Shown here in pieces: positions 11,740 to 23,800 of a stretch of DNA of 56,167 nucleotides. Source of the stretch: Octopus sinensis (taxonomy: Eukaryota). The position numbers were made by a program, and so were the translations under genes. How positions within the stretch are numbered: the stretch's first letter is position 1; each line of letters opens with the position of its first letter. The notes under the pieces are model-generated. The model was not told the origin of the DNA. It saw only the letters and a program-made list of their open reading frames with translations, and did not search any database. The DNA is taken from assembly GCF_006345805.1 (NCBI RefSeq), contig NW_021834492.1, forward strand, positions 1 through 56,167, written 5' to 3'.

Positions 11740-12290
11740 CACGAAGGAGATGTAAACCGCAATGAAAAACACCTGATACAGCCACATCGTGATAGAAACA
11801 GTAATAGTGATAAAGCTAACACGGTAAAAACGTCGGAAAATGAAGTCAGAACTGCGATATATACAGCTAAATATAATAAATGATCATGCACAGAAAAATC
11901 AAAATGCCCATTGATGAAGCTCTGGATGAGTACAAATCTTCTTTATAAATGTACCGTGCACAAAAGGGGAGGATTGCATGTTTACATTTGGGCAACGGCT
12001 GATTCATTCAAGAATCGCTATCGCAACCATGTTGCCAACTTCAAGGAAATCAACAAAAGATATTCAACATATTTAGCTAATTTCTGTGGCAACTTAAGGA
12101 AGATAAAATTAAGTATAACATAACTTGGTCCATAGTAAGGCACACAAAACCATATAGTATCATTTCCAGGAGAGGCCGACTCTGCTCCGAGGAATCCCTG
12201 TCTATTTTATGGCCCAATGAGAAGATTACTAATAGAATTTCTGAAAGACTCTCAAGATGATTACATGCATATAAATGCATTTTCGCACAA
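11740..12290 (+). mobile_element. Penelope-like element, GIY-YIG endonuclease fragment
   Basis: KCPL...STNLLYKCTV..HVYIWATADSFKNRYRNHVANFKEINKRYST; the shifted frame continues YNITWSIVRHTKPYS..SRRGRLCSEE. Confidence 0.8.
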
Positions 12291-12835
12291 TGCAGTGGGA
12301 ATGAATTTGGGTAGTCGTTAACCTAATTAATAATCATAATTCACCTTAAGGTATGGACAAATTAAATTTAACCCTAATCTTTCCATTCTTATGATCACCA
12401 AGTAGCTATTTAATTCGCTATATGAACGTATGTGCACCAAACCGCACGTGCGTGTATGCCTATATCTTCGTGGATTTTTGTATGCGTAAGAGTACATGCG
12501 CCATACAACCCACGCGTGGGCGTTAATACCGCCATGTATGTTAACGGTTATATTTAATTTTTTTTCGCTGCATTGTGTATTCGTTTCTTTTTTGCATCTA
12601 TTATTTTTTTATTATTGATCTTCCATATACATGAAGCTATATCCTTTAATTTGCTGCTCTACTTTACACAAACCAAGAAGATATCTTGCGGAACAGTCGT
12701 TATTTTATGTCCTGCACATCCCTTGATATTTAAGAGACCACAACTATCACAATCAAATGCATATATATTATAAATATTTTCAATGTACATGTGTTTGCCT
12801 GTTTCTAACAGAAACGGAAAACTCTGAATAAATTA

Positions 12836-14635
12836 CACTGGGCAACAATAACATTTGTTGCATTGATATTGACACTTGTTCTTATCTAATTTAGATTCAA
12901 TGAATTCAAATCTAAAATCAGACTTTCTGTATTAATTATAAAGTTCTGCAATTCAAACTTTTCATTCTTTATGGAATTTCGACACCTTTTGCATAAATCC
13001 ATGTTCTATCAAAGGAATTTATGTTCATACCATCTTAAATAACAATCATCTAGGCAAAAAAAAAAGAAAGAAAAGAAAAGTCTCAGCAGCGTTTAAATTA
13101 ATCATAAATGAATCAAAAAAGAACTAATGAAATTATAAAGCTGAAATTGTCCTTATTCTGGTAAGAAATTTCGATTGACGCTCTTGCGTGTTTATAGACT
13201 TTGCCAGGATAGTCTCGTTTGATACTCCATCTGAAGACCGCCATATGTCTGTTCCAACGCCTTTGATAACGCTTTCCATCGTCACGGGATGCATTTTCCC
13301 TGATCATCATTAAAAGCTCGAAAATACTCGAGGAAATGGTAGCGAGACTCTTCAGCAAATGAATTTTGACATTCATGTTGCATCCAAGATTTCAAAAAAC
13401 CAACAGCGTTTTGACAACCAAAATTTCGTAGTTATCTGCAATTTCCTTAACAAAAAAGTTTCTTATAACCATCACGATTGACAGCCACGCTGACTTCTTG
13501 TCATTCATCTTCTTGCCAAATTCCTCAAGTACAAGAGCACAAACTTGAGGCCCATCAAAGACGTTCGCTCTGATGTTCTCGAAATAGAAAGCAGGAAACG
13601 CAGAAAGTATGCGCTGTAAACATTCACTCTCAGTACATAATGCCTTGACAAACTGCTTCATAAAGCCAAACTTAATAAGTAGTGGGATGATGGGGGAAAA
13701 TGGTTTCCTTTTGGTTGACGATCGGGTCATTTACTATGTTTGGCATGCATGCAGAGTTTCACAGATGGGCCGTTTTTTCTGGGTCCAATGTTTGTCTCGA
13801 ATACAATTTCCATCATGCAGATGTAGCATAGAAGCATAAGGAAACCTTTCTGTTGCTCGAGGAGGAAGTTGACCATCTTTAGGTTCACACAAACCATCCA
13901 TTTGTACTCGTGACCAACTGGGACTGTGCCATAAACATAATCCTAATGCAATAAGATTTTTGCAGAGCTTTCAAGACGATTGATTTCATTTAGCCTAGAG
14001 GCTAATAGCTCTGTTAATTGCTTGCAGAGTACCAAATCATGTGCTAAGTCCATCAGTACCGCCCGACTAAAACGATGAGAGGGATAGTGACTGTTTGGCA
14101 TTAGATGAGAAACCTTCAGAATCTGACACCATTTCTTCAAACTCCTGATGAGATTTACAGTGTCCATCTTCAGAGAAGGCATAACAATTAAACACTGGAA
14201 CTGAGATTTCCTCAGAATGAGAAAAAAGGTGAATTGAAGATGGAAATACTCGGAGATCCTATGCAAGTAAAAACTTCTTACCAAAATTTTTAGTGGTAAC
14301 CAAGACAAACTAACAGTCAATTATGTAGTAGTTTGAGTGTCGCCAAACCATAGGAACTCGAAAAAGTAAGCCTTTTAGTTTTCCTATGGTCCAACCACGA
14401 AGGCTTTCCATCCAATTATGACAAACCATATGTGGAGACCATTTCTTGTCTTGGTCCTCAAGGTGAACGTCAAAGCAGGCGTCGTCATAGACACGTGTCA
14501 CGAAGTTTGTCATTTTACGTCTTTGACGAACAAATGTGTAGCTTCCACATTTGTGACAAAATGCATTGGGATCATTTATACATTTACGTATTTGATCTGA
14601 AACAAAACGAAGAAGCAATATATATATATATATAT

Positions 14636-14689
<54 letters not shown>

Positions 14690-14965
14690 GCTTAAGGTGA
14701 CCCGCTCTACGCGCGGGTAAGAGTGTGGTTGTTACTCTCTGTTGCTTCCTTTTTGTTTTTTTATCACCACATTCTCCCTCTTTGTTTCTCTCTCCTTTCT
14801 CCCTCACTTTCCCACTCTCTTACTCTTCCTTTCTCTCGGACTCTCCCTCGTTTTCTCTTACTCTCTATCTTTATCTATCTATCTCCCATTTATAAACAAC
14901 AAAAGATCTTGACTAAGTTGAGAAAGAAAATATTTTGAAAGATTAATCATAAATATCAGGCAGTG
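12836..14965 (-). mobile_element. Chapaev3-like (CMC) DNA transposon, degenerate
   Basis: N-terminal RKCINDPNAFCHKCGSY...DQDKKWSPHMVC...FRVPMVWR and C-terminal LIKFGFMKQFVKAL...FDGPQ...MNVKIHLL...RYQRRW. The left end is tta|CACTGGGCAACAA at 12833-12848. The right end (cagtg near 14965) is uncertain. Confidence 0.75.
14688..14907 (+). mobile_element. Short HINE/Helentron-like non-autonomous element nested in the Chapaev3 5' region
   Basis: (TA)n-TAGC followed by the hairpin acccgc-tctacgc-gcgggt, a CT-rich body and an AGAT end; same architecture as 20920-21829. Confidence 0.45.
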
Positions 14966-15576
14966 ACAACGGAATGGTCTGCTTCAAGGCAGACAGCAAA
15001 ACACTAACATTTAAAAGGAACAGACCAACTTGCGAGCTGACTAAAAATTTTAAAATATTGGAAACCAAAGTTTGAAGGGATTGAATCTGAGGATAGAGTC
15101 ACCATGGCTGGCATTTCTTAATGACGGACAGCAACGTAGTGGCAGTTTAACGGCTGGCGTAAACATTTGAACTTGATGTAAAAGAAAATTCCTAAACACC
15201 AAGTTTTGAAGTGATTCTTTCTCACGACAGTAGACTCACCAATGCAAGCATTCAAAACTTCTTCATCATGGACGGCAACACATTGAAGATTTAAAGGCTG
15301 GCGCAAATTTTTTAGCTTCATGTAACAGAGAATTCCTAAACACCCGGTCCTGTAAATTTTAATCCCCTTCCAGCCTCATTTAGACCCATTTTCAAATTTT
15401 GGTTAATATAACCCGATTTCATTCAGGTCTACTCGGGCCACATTTTATAAGATGAGGAATTTTGTCCTAGAGGTCACGCCTTTCATTTAAGAAGAAAAAT
15501 AGTTGCCATGCAAACTCGCCAGCACTTTTAACACAGGTGTGCATATTTTCAGCTCAACCGACCACATAATGCACAC

Positions 15577-15623
<47 letters not shown>

Positions 15624-16089
15624 TATATATATGTGTGTGTGTGCGTGTGTGTGTGTGTGTGTGTACGCATTATATATACAAATGTATACAAATTATATAT
15701 ATATATATATACATACATATATATATATTTATAAATACAGATATATACACTTTGTATATATACATTATATATACATATTTATATATAGAACACACACACA
15801 TACATATATATAAATTAACCCAATAAATATCTGATTCATAATATTTGTTCTCATGATTGTGTTGTGGTGGTGGCGATAATAAAACTCTCTATGAATGCAG
15901 ACAGACATACATACAGAGAGAGAGAGAGAGAGAGAGAAGGAGGTGGTGGAGGAAAGAGGAACAGCGCTGGCGAAGGCAGTGGGGGAAAGATAGTAGTATC
16001 TATCAAACGTCGTTATAGAGAGAAAGTGATGGGAAGGGAGGAAACAGAGAGAGGCGGAGGAAGACATAGAGATAAGAGAATGAGAGGAG

Positions 16090-16295
16090 ACTTGTCAAAG
16101 TGTGTGTTTTTTGCCCTAGTAACGACACCTTTTAAGATAGGGATTTCTAATCTAGCCCACTCGCATCCTCACCTCATTTTACATGACCCTGTAAATTTTG
16201 TAGTCAATCCGATGGGATCTAGTGCCCGTTAACACGTTCCAATGCCAAAACCAGACAAACAAACTTTTCGCATTTCAGATTTATAGATATTGATA
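16090..16295 (+). mobile_element. HINE/Helentron-like 3' end
   Basis: gaccctgtaaattttgtagtcaatccgatg...cagacaaacaaacttttcgcatt...tatagatattgatat resembles HINE 3' termini. Confidence 0.4.
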
Positions 16296-16297
16296 TA

Positions 16298-16332
<35 letters not shown>

Positions 16333-16338
16333 ATATCA

Positions 16339-16545
16339 CCTTGATCACCTTGATCGACCAGTCCGTCGTCCATTTGACACCGCTGGTCACAGCACGCTGT
16401 CCACTCCTCTCTGGATCGCGCCTTTCTCATCCACGTGATCCCAATCGTCCTCCTGAAATCGTAACTCCACCGTCGTGGAGGCCTTCCGGGTGGTCGTTTC
16501 TGCTCGCGCGGGTACCACTCGACAACTGCGCGGGTCCACCGATTA
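16339..16545 (-). mobile_element. RTE-clade LINE 3' end
   Basis: Minus-strand RWTRAVVEWYPREQKRPPGRPPRRWSYDFRRTIGITWMRKARSREEW; tail is a tandem gatcaaggt x2. Confidence 0.85.
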
Positions 16546-18399
16546 TCAATTCCCTATAAATATATCAATTTCGGAAGAAACATAAATTTGAAATTGCATA
16601 AAACGAGACAAAATCCTGTTCTAAATTTGAAACCAACGTTGAAAAACTACTTAGAATCGGTTGAAAAATTCTGTCCAACAGCAAATGAGAAAAATATTCT
16701 TCTAAGTGTTGTAATTGTAATAAAATTATGTTATTTAACTGGGCACTTTTCAAAATGTTGCATGAAAAACTATTCTCTTTAGATTTACGAAATATTTACT
16801 CTATTTCTAACATTATATTCCTTTTTTGTTTCTAAATTTTTAAAATAACATTCCGAAATCAAATTACTTTACAATAAAACTTTTATTTAGTATTTGATTT
16901 TTACAGCACTTTTACTTGGCTTTGTAGATTTTAGGTTTCATTTATGGTAAACAACCATAACGTGTAAAATCAGTAGCTTTCATCTGTTACCATCACTTCA
17001 CCTGCTTGATATATTTTTGTGTGTTTATGTGTGTGCATGTGTGCGCGCGCGTATATATATGTGTGTATGCGTGCGTATATATGTGTGTGTGTGTGTGTTT
17101 GTGTGGATACATATACACACACATATATATGTATATATATGTACATACATAATATACATATAAAATAAATTACATATATACATTATATATTATATAAGGA
17201 ATAACTTCTTTTTTAGGCATGTGCTAGACAATTTTATCTTTTTATCAAAGTTTTTCTCACATTTTCGAATGTGTACCTGGCAATTTGCTTGGAACAGTAA
17301 AGTTACTAAATCCATCAACGTTTCTAGGCCTTAGCCACATCATGAGGATAAAGTAATTTTGGCGTGCATTAGAAGCCCTAGAATATCTCTGAGATAAAAA
17401 AATCATTACGCACGCAGACGATAAAAGTTAAGACTTACTCCAAGGTGAATGTAATAAAAATAGATATTTACACAACAATAAACAAATACTCAACACGAAA
17501 CTAATACAAGTTCTGCATGATTTAAAAAAAAAATAATTACATCAAAATATGTAAAAGTGATAGAAATAATATATTTGTGGTCATGGATAAAGTGGAATAT
17601 ATTGCAAAAGTTAATTTATTCAATGACAAAAACTCATTCACAAGGTTTCAGAAAGATAATACTTCCTAATTAAATATTAAACTGAATAAACTAATTACAG
17701 CGATAAACGCACAAATTGGAGCCGCTTATTTCTCCCTGCATTGAAGAAGAATTCATCCCCATCAGATATCTATGAAACAGAAAAAGACAAAAAAACTAAC
17801 GGACTAACCATAAGATATTACAGGAAGAAGTAGACTGCGAGAAATACATCAGATATCATACATATGGAATGTACAAAAGACAGGCATAAAATGATAATAT
17901 ATTAACATAATGTCATGTGAGTATTGCATAGACGAATATAAGAAAAAAAACTTACAGACAAAACATAAAGTACATTAAAACAACCGATAACTTAAAAGTA
18001 ATAATTCAAAACTATTATCTACAGCAAATTGCAAACAAGTTAAGTGAGTTAAAATTTACCAATGTCGTATAAAAAACAATTGCAAAATTGAAAGTTCTTC
18101 ATGGTTCCATTGCCTATACATATACGACGACCTTACGCCCCTCATCAAAGAGCAACTGCAATGCAGCCGATACCATTTGCAGTGAACTACACCAAATAGG
18201 ATTAAATAAATCGGAAAAAAATCAAGGACAATAGCTCCATGCATTAGAGAATTCATCAAATTTGTCTGTGAGAATCTTTGGTTTCTGAGTTGCATAAAGT
18301 CTCACAGTGATTCCTTAATTTTAGATTATTTAGAAAATGTTCCAGAAGGCGAGTTATTGTATGTACGCGAGCGAATGCTATTACATATTGCTGGTCACA

Positions 18400-18592
18400 A
18401 TGAAATTTTCATCGTTTTAGTCTTCGAATGACGTCACCCCGCTGGCTAGGCGAGCAGGCCAACATTTCCTCCTGATCGAACGCGGGGCTGGAGCAATGTG
18501 AAAGGAAGTTTTTTGCTCAAGAACTCAACGCGCTGCCCGGTCTGGGAATAGAACACAGTGCGACAGACTAACCACTGAGCCACGTGCTTTCA
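18400..18592 (-). mobile_element. tRNA-derived CORE-type SINE
   Basis: A box gtggctcagtggttag, degenerate B box ttctattcccagaccgggc and CORE-like gttcttgagcaaaaaacttcctttcac. Confidence 0.75.
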
Positions 18593-20091
18593 CAATTATA
18601 TGTAATCTTGATTTAAAGGGATTAAGCTATTCGTTGCCAATTTGAATCCAAACTGGAAAAATTTCCCCTCAAGTCTGAATATTGAATATTCCGTGAAATT
18701 GGCACTGAAACATTTTAAATTATACCCCACCATCTATCATCACTAACCTATAGCGCTAGGTCTTTCTATTAAAAAAAAATTTAGATTTAAATTGAAATGT
18801 ACATTTCAATTTATTAAATTCATGTTACGCCAATTAAAATATTACAATCGAATTTTTTAATTCATGCTATCGATCTCGTTATTTTCGTTTGACTATTTGT
18901 AATTACACTCGCTAAAATTTGCTAGACCTATGTATATAGATCCACGCAGATCTCAATAAGATTATGCTTCACTATTGAAATACAAAAAGAAAACTCGTGT
19001 GTAATTGTCTACATGCTTGTAAAAATTATCTAATTTCCCCCGCGGTCTGAAAAATAAAAATTTCTGTGATATTATTCCTTCATTTAAACTATCTTCTGTT
19101 CTCTTTCACATTGGCTGAACATCAGGGGTAGATCTTCTTTCTCCAACTGAAGAAGGACAAGTTACAAAGTTCGGCACTAACAAATTAATGTATCTAAATA
19201 CATGCTCTCAGTACACTTAATCTCACTCTTTATTATTACCTCAATTATACTGACCTTAAGTTTCCGTAACCCGTAACATCGTAATACTGTTCCATTGCTT
19301 GAAAATTCATATAAAATTACATCCTCAGCATGAAAAACCAATTTTCTGTGAAATTAATTCTTAAACATTGATGTTATCTTTCATTTTCTATGAGATTCGC
19401 AAACAACTGCCGCTAAGTTTTTTGTTTTCTTTCTCCAATTGAAAGGCAGTTTCAAATTCATTGAAATTTGAATATATATTATATCCTACATTAATTATGC
19501 AAATTCACTCCATTCACCTATTTGCTTTATTTCTCATAGATATTATGAAAATTATTCTGGTTAAAAATATTTCTGACAATTACTATTAACTATTATGTTT
19601 GCGTTTCCAGCATATGTGCAAATTTCGTTTCGTTGAGAATGTCTTGCAAGCGCCATTCTGCAGAATTCTACCGAAATCTGTTATTTAAATTCACGTTCTT
19701 GTTTAACTGGGATTTTTTTCCATTTGCTTACCTTCTCATAAACATGTCCTTCATGCTGACTACAAATTTAGGTGACTCTTTTTTTCATCTACATTGTCTC
19801 ATCAAAGTAAGCCTGGACAGGCCATACTTTATTGATAAGTTCCAATTAGACTAGAAACCTGACTGTATTTGTTACTTTGACTGTATGTCTGTCTTCGAAT
19901 ACCCTTCTGATTTTACTACTACTTCCACAATTATACAAAAATGAGCTTGGTTCATCGTTAGACTTAAGTAAATTATTCTAAGAACAAAGATATGAAATGG
20001 CTAAGAATATCAGATATTTGCCAAGTGTTTTACTGTTCATATTCTTAAATAGATTTTTTGCTTTTTGTCAAGATGAAATTTACTTTCTTCA

Positions 20092-20285
20092 GAGGACCAA
20101 TGTCTCATCTTCCTAACACTAGCTCTCATCCCTGATTTCCAGTACACGGCAGCCAAGCCATTCAGTACATATTGGAGATCACTTTCTGATGAGCCATGTC
20201 ATCTGCAAATATCAGCTGCGCATAATAACACACTTACGAAAAAGAGAGGTGTCAATACGCATCCCTAACGCAGTCGAACATCCAG
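20092..20285 (-). mobile_element. RTE-type reverse transcriptase fragment
   Basis: Minus-strand LR*GCVLTPLFF and LIFADDMA..SESDLQYVLNGLAA. Confidence 0.7.
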
Positions 20286-20439
20286 AATGAGAGGTACGAA
20301 TTATCAGAGCGAGCGCGTGCGCGCACACACACACATCACTGCATCAGGCACACGATCAAATGTTGTTATACACCGCTGGACACATTGCACTCTCGCATAG
20401 CAGCAATTTTCGAATTATGCCACTCCACGCGTTAGGCGG

Positions 20440-20611
20440 ACAGTCCAACATCTAAACGGAACGAGTCCTACTCAGGGTTACCCATTTATATCTGAGGGGA
20501 CAGGAGGAACGTGAGATGAAGTATTTTGTTCCAGAACGCAAAGCCGGACTGAGAAGCAAAACCACGGTTTTGCGATCGTGTATACAACACCTCAACTACT
20601 ACTAGATCACG
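20440..20611 (-). mobile_element. tRNA-derived CORE-type SINE, degenerate
   Basis: Minus-strand gcgtgatctagtagtagttgaggtgttg head, then gttctggaacaaaatacttcatctcacgtt and aaatgggtaaccctg; similar to 18400-18592. Confidence 0.65.
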
Positions 20612-20624
20612 CGTCTTTACGTAT

Positions 20625-20698
20625 GTGTACACACACACACATACATATGCATATACATATACATATATTATATATATATAATATATATATATATATAT

Positions 20699-20745
<47 letters not shown>

Positions 20746-20766
20746 ATATTATATATATATATATAT

Positions 20767-20834
<68 letters not shown>

Positions 20835-20835
20835 T

Positions 20836-20874
<39 letters not shown>

Positions 20875-20918
20875 CACATATATATATACATATATATACA
20901 TGTACATATATATATATA
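20625..20918. repeat. (TA)n-rich microsatellite
   Basis: Directly visible. Confidence 0.97.
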
Positions 20919-20919
20919 T

Positions 20920-21829
20920 TAGCTGATGCACCCGGTAATTCCCGGGAAAGTGGGGCTTATACCTTGCTTATGTTCTCAATTGTTTCACTAATCCAATAAC
21001 AACAATACAAAGTATGTAGCCCTTAAAACGGTTTTTGTGCATTTACAGACGATACGGAACTGTCTTATACAGGATCTTGCTTTTAGGAATCCCAATAAGT
21101 TAGGAATACCCAAATTGTGAAGTCAGTTATGTAATTACATGACATTAGTTACTCGATAGTAAGAATTCAAATAAAGTAGCCCCGAAAAGGGCTTTAATGC
21201 GTTCCCAGTGTATATAGAACTTAGGAGGAAATACTAATAAGGTATGTATACTAAAATCGTAAAGCATGTTACGTAATAACAGGCCAATCAGATATGAGAT
21301 TCAAAGTAAATAACAATTCAAAGTAAATAACTCTGAAAAGGGCTTTTGTAGTTTCCCAGATAATATTACCCTTAGCGGCGCTAGTGTTGGTATATTCGTG
21401 AATAAATCACTAACTGAAATAACTGAAGCTATTGTTTAGGAAAATACTATTTACTTGTTTAAGGGTTGTACTAGATAAATTGCGAAAATAACTCTAGCAT
21501 TTCAAATACTAAGAAATAAGCATACTCAATTTGATTTATAACAAAAGATTTAGGAAAATAAATGGGTTATTGCCATTGGCTGCTAAAATATGGGAGAATG
21601 GATTATTTCGCTTGGCTATTAATATGAAATATATTGCATATATATAAAAGGATCCCGTCCAGGAGCCATATTATCGATTTTTCCAAAAATCTGATTGTGT
21701 CATAAGGTTTCCAGACTTTAGTTCTTCTCACGTGTCAATTTTCAACAAAATCGATAAAATGATGTAGGAGGCGTTACTAACAACTCCGCAAACACACCTA
21801 TAGACAGAATTCTCACATATGTTGTAGAT
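20920..21829 (+). mobile_element. HINE/Helentron-associated non-autonomous element between (TA)n tracts
   Basis: Starts tagctgatgcacccggtaattcccggg. Ends gtgtcaattttcaacaaaatcgataaaatgatgtaggagg...acagaattctcacatatgttgtagat. Internal ~150-bp-spaced subrepeats (aattcaaa..aa.ta..c..gaaaagggcttt...ttcccag). Confidence 0.6.
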
Positions 21830-21833
21830 ACAC

Positions 21834-21855
21834 ATATATATGAACACATATATGT

Positions 21856-21932
<77 letters not shown>

Positions 21933-21959
21933 TGTATAAATATATATATATATATATAA

Positions 21960-22003
<44 letters not shown>

Positions 22004-22048
22004 TATATAAATGTATATATAAATGTATATATATATATATATATATAA

Positions 22049-22087
<39 letters not shown>
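21834..22087. repeat. (TA)n microsatellite
   Basis: Directly visible. Confidence 0.97.
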
Positions 22088-22091
<4 letters not shown>

Positions 22092-22102
22092 GAATGACCA
22101 CT

Positions 22103-22523
22103 AAGTGGACATCCATTATGCTAGAAGTAGACACCTATGGTCTTACCACTAAGAAGTAGACCCCCTATGAAAGAATTGGTCTCAAGAAAATTTAGTAAAC
22201 GCTAAAACTAAACTTTTGAAAGATAACCTCAATTGTAATTGATAGAACTGTATATATGTTTAATCTCATGCAGATGTCTCGTGTATAGTTCTTCAAATTA
22301 TATTTTGCTATGACGATCACACTGATGAGTTGCGGACAGTTACGTAAGTAATTACGTAAGTGGTAACAACGAAACCGGGTTTGTGATTAATCTTTATATT
22401 TTGTATCATTTCATTTGTCGTGCTCACTTACGTTCTGGCGTTTGCAAAATTTTCTTGAGAACAAATCTTTCTTAGTGGTAAGACCATAGAAGGTCTACTT
22501 CTAGCATAATGGATGTCCACTAT
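22103..22523 (+). mobile_element. Penelope pLTR-like unit with ~90-100 bp inverted terminal copy and internal hammerhead
   Basis: agtggacatccattatgctagaagtagac..tatggtcttaccactaagaa at 22103-22165 is the reverse complement of 22471-22522, with similarity extending to 22202/22438. A hammerhead lies at 22315-22388. Confidence 0.7.
22315..22388 (+). ncRNA. Type I hammerhead ribozyme motif
   Basis: Stem I gatcaca/tgtgatt, core CUGAUGA at 22322-28, stem II gttg/caac, GAAA at 22371-74, minimal stem III accgggt, cleavage triplet GUU at 22379-81. Confidence 0.72.
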
Positions 22524-22663
22524 AATTTTTCTGAAACTTCAGATTTTTGAATATGCTAGACCGTTGGTTTTAAATTGATATTAATCAAATTAATATTCAA
22601 TTTTCACTCTTATTATTTTAAATAAATATATATATATGTATATATATATTCGTGCGTGTGTGT

Positions 22664-22699
<36 letters not shown>

Positions 22700-22723
22700 G
22701 TGTGCGTGTGTGTGTGTGCACGC

Positions 22724-23800
22724 ATGTATGATGGTGCAGAGATATGCCTTAGAAAAGAAATAAAAGAAGCCAACATATGTTTATATAGGGATGATGGTCT
22801 GGGAGTGGTACACAATAAAATTGGACACGATATGGATAGGATAAGGAAAAAATTATGCAAAATATTTAACCAATTAGTCTAAGAACCACAATTAGTACAA
22901 ATCTTAAAGAAGTCAACTTCCTAGATATGAATATGAATCTTAGCACAGGCAAATTCCACAATAAACCAAATGAAGAAACTCAGTGCATACACATAGGCTC
23001 CAACTACCCACCAGTAGTCATTAAATAACTAAATAGCAACATTTGTAGGCGTGTCTCCAATTTATCCGCCGATAAAGACACTTTTGAAAAAAACACCTCA
23101 TACTATAATGCTGCATTAGAAAGTTCCAACTTCAAGAATAGCATAAACTACATTGAGCCAATTTCAGATAAACTAAAAAGAAGTAGACAAAGGAAGATGT
23201 TACAGTTTAACCCACCTCATAGCGTGAATGTAGAAACTAGCATAGCTAGGAAAACTAATAGACAATCACTTCCTACATTTACACAAATACCACAAGATCT
23301 TCAACTGTAACACAGTTAAAGTTAGTTATAATTGCCTCCCCAATATAGGGTCAGTAATACTCAATCACAATAAAAATAAACACACCAGAAACACCCCCGA
23401 AAGACAATGTAGCTGTAGATCTTCAAACCACTATCCTCTAAACAATAACTGTCTCGAAAACGAACTTATATACATGGCCAAAATCATAGATCCCAACGAG
23501 CAGTTCATTCAAGGAAAGGTACACACAACACCTGGTGTCATGCAGAGAAAAAAACAACAAAAAAACCCGTAACATCTCTGTCCAATATGATATGGGCATT
23601 TAAAAAAAGTAAAGTCAGTAACACTCAGATAAAATGGAACAGCATTGCTAAAACTAGAATACAGAGGACGAGGTACCAAATGTGAGCACTGCATCACTGA
23701 AGTAAATATTACACAGTCAATAGATAACATCCTAAGTATTAGAGATGAAGTCTTCTCAATCTCCATACGCAAACAATATTTCACACTTAGACACTTTTAA
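22724..23800 (+). mobile_element. Penelope-like element (RT C-terminal half plus GIY-YIG), degenerate
   Basis: YDGAEIC...LYRDDGLG...NFLDMNMNLSTG..NKPNE..IHIGSNYPP...FNPPHSVNVET...IFNCNTVKVSY.CLPNI...NNCLENELIY. Confidence 0.85.

Noticed and set aside
17700-18050. Possible CR1/L2 relic (LQEEVDCEKYI)
   Set aside because: A single weak motif, too decayed to support a call.
18560-18592. tRNA gene calls at A/B-box motifs (also 32340, 36760, 41520, 45400)
   Set aside because: No cloverleaf can be formed, and each continues into SINE body sequence.
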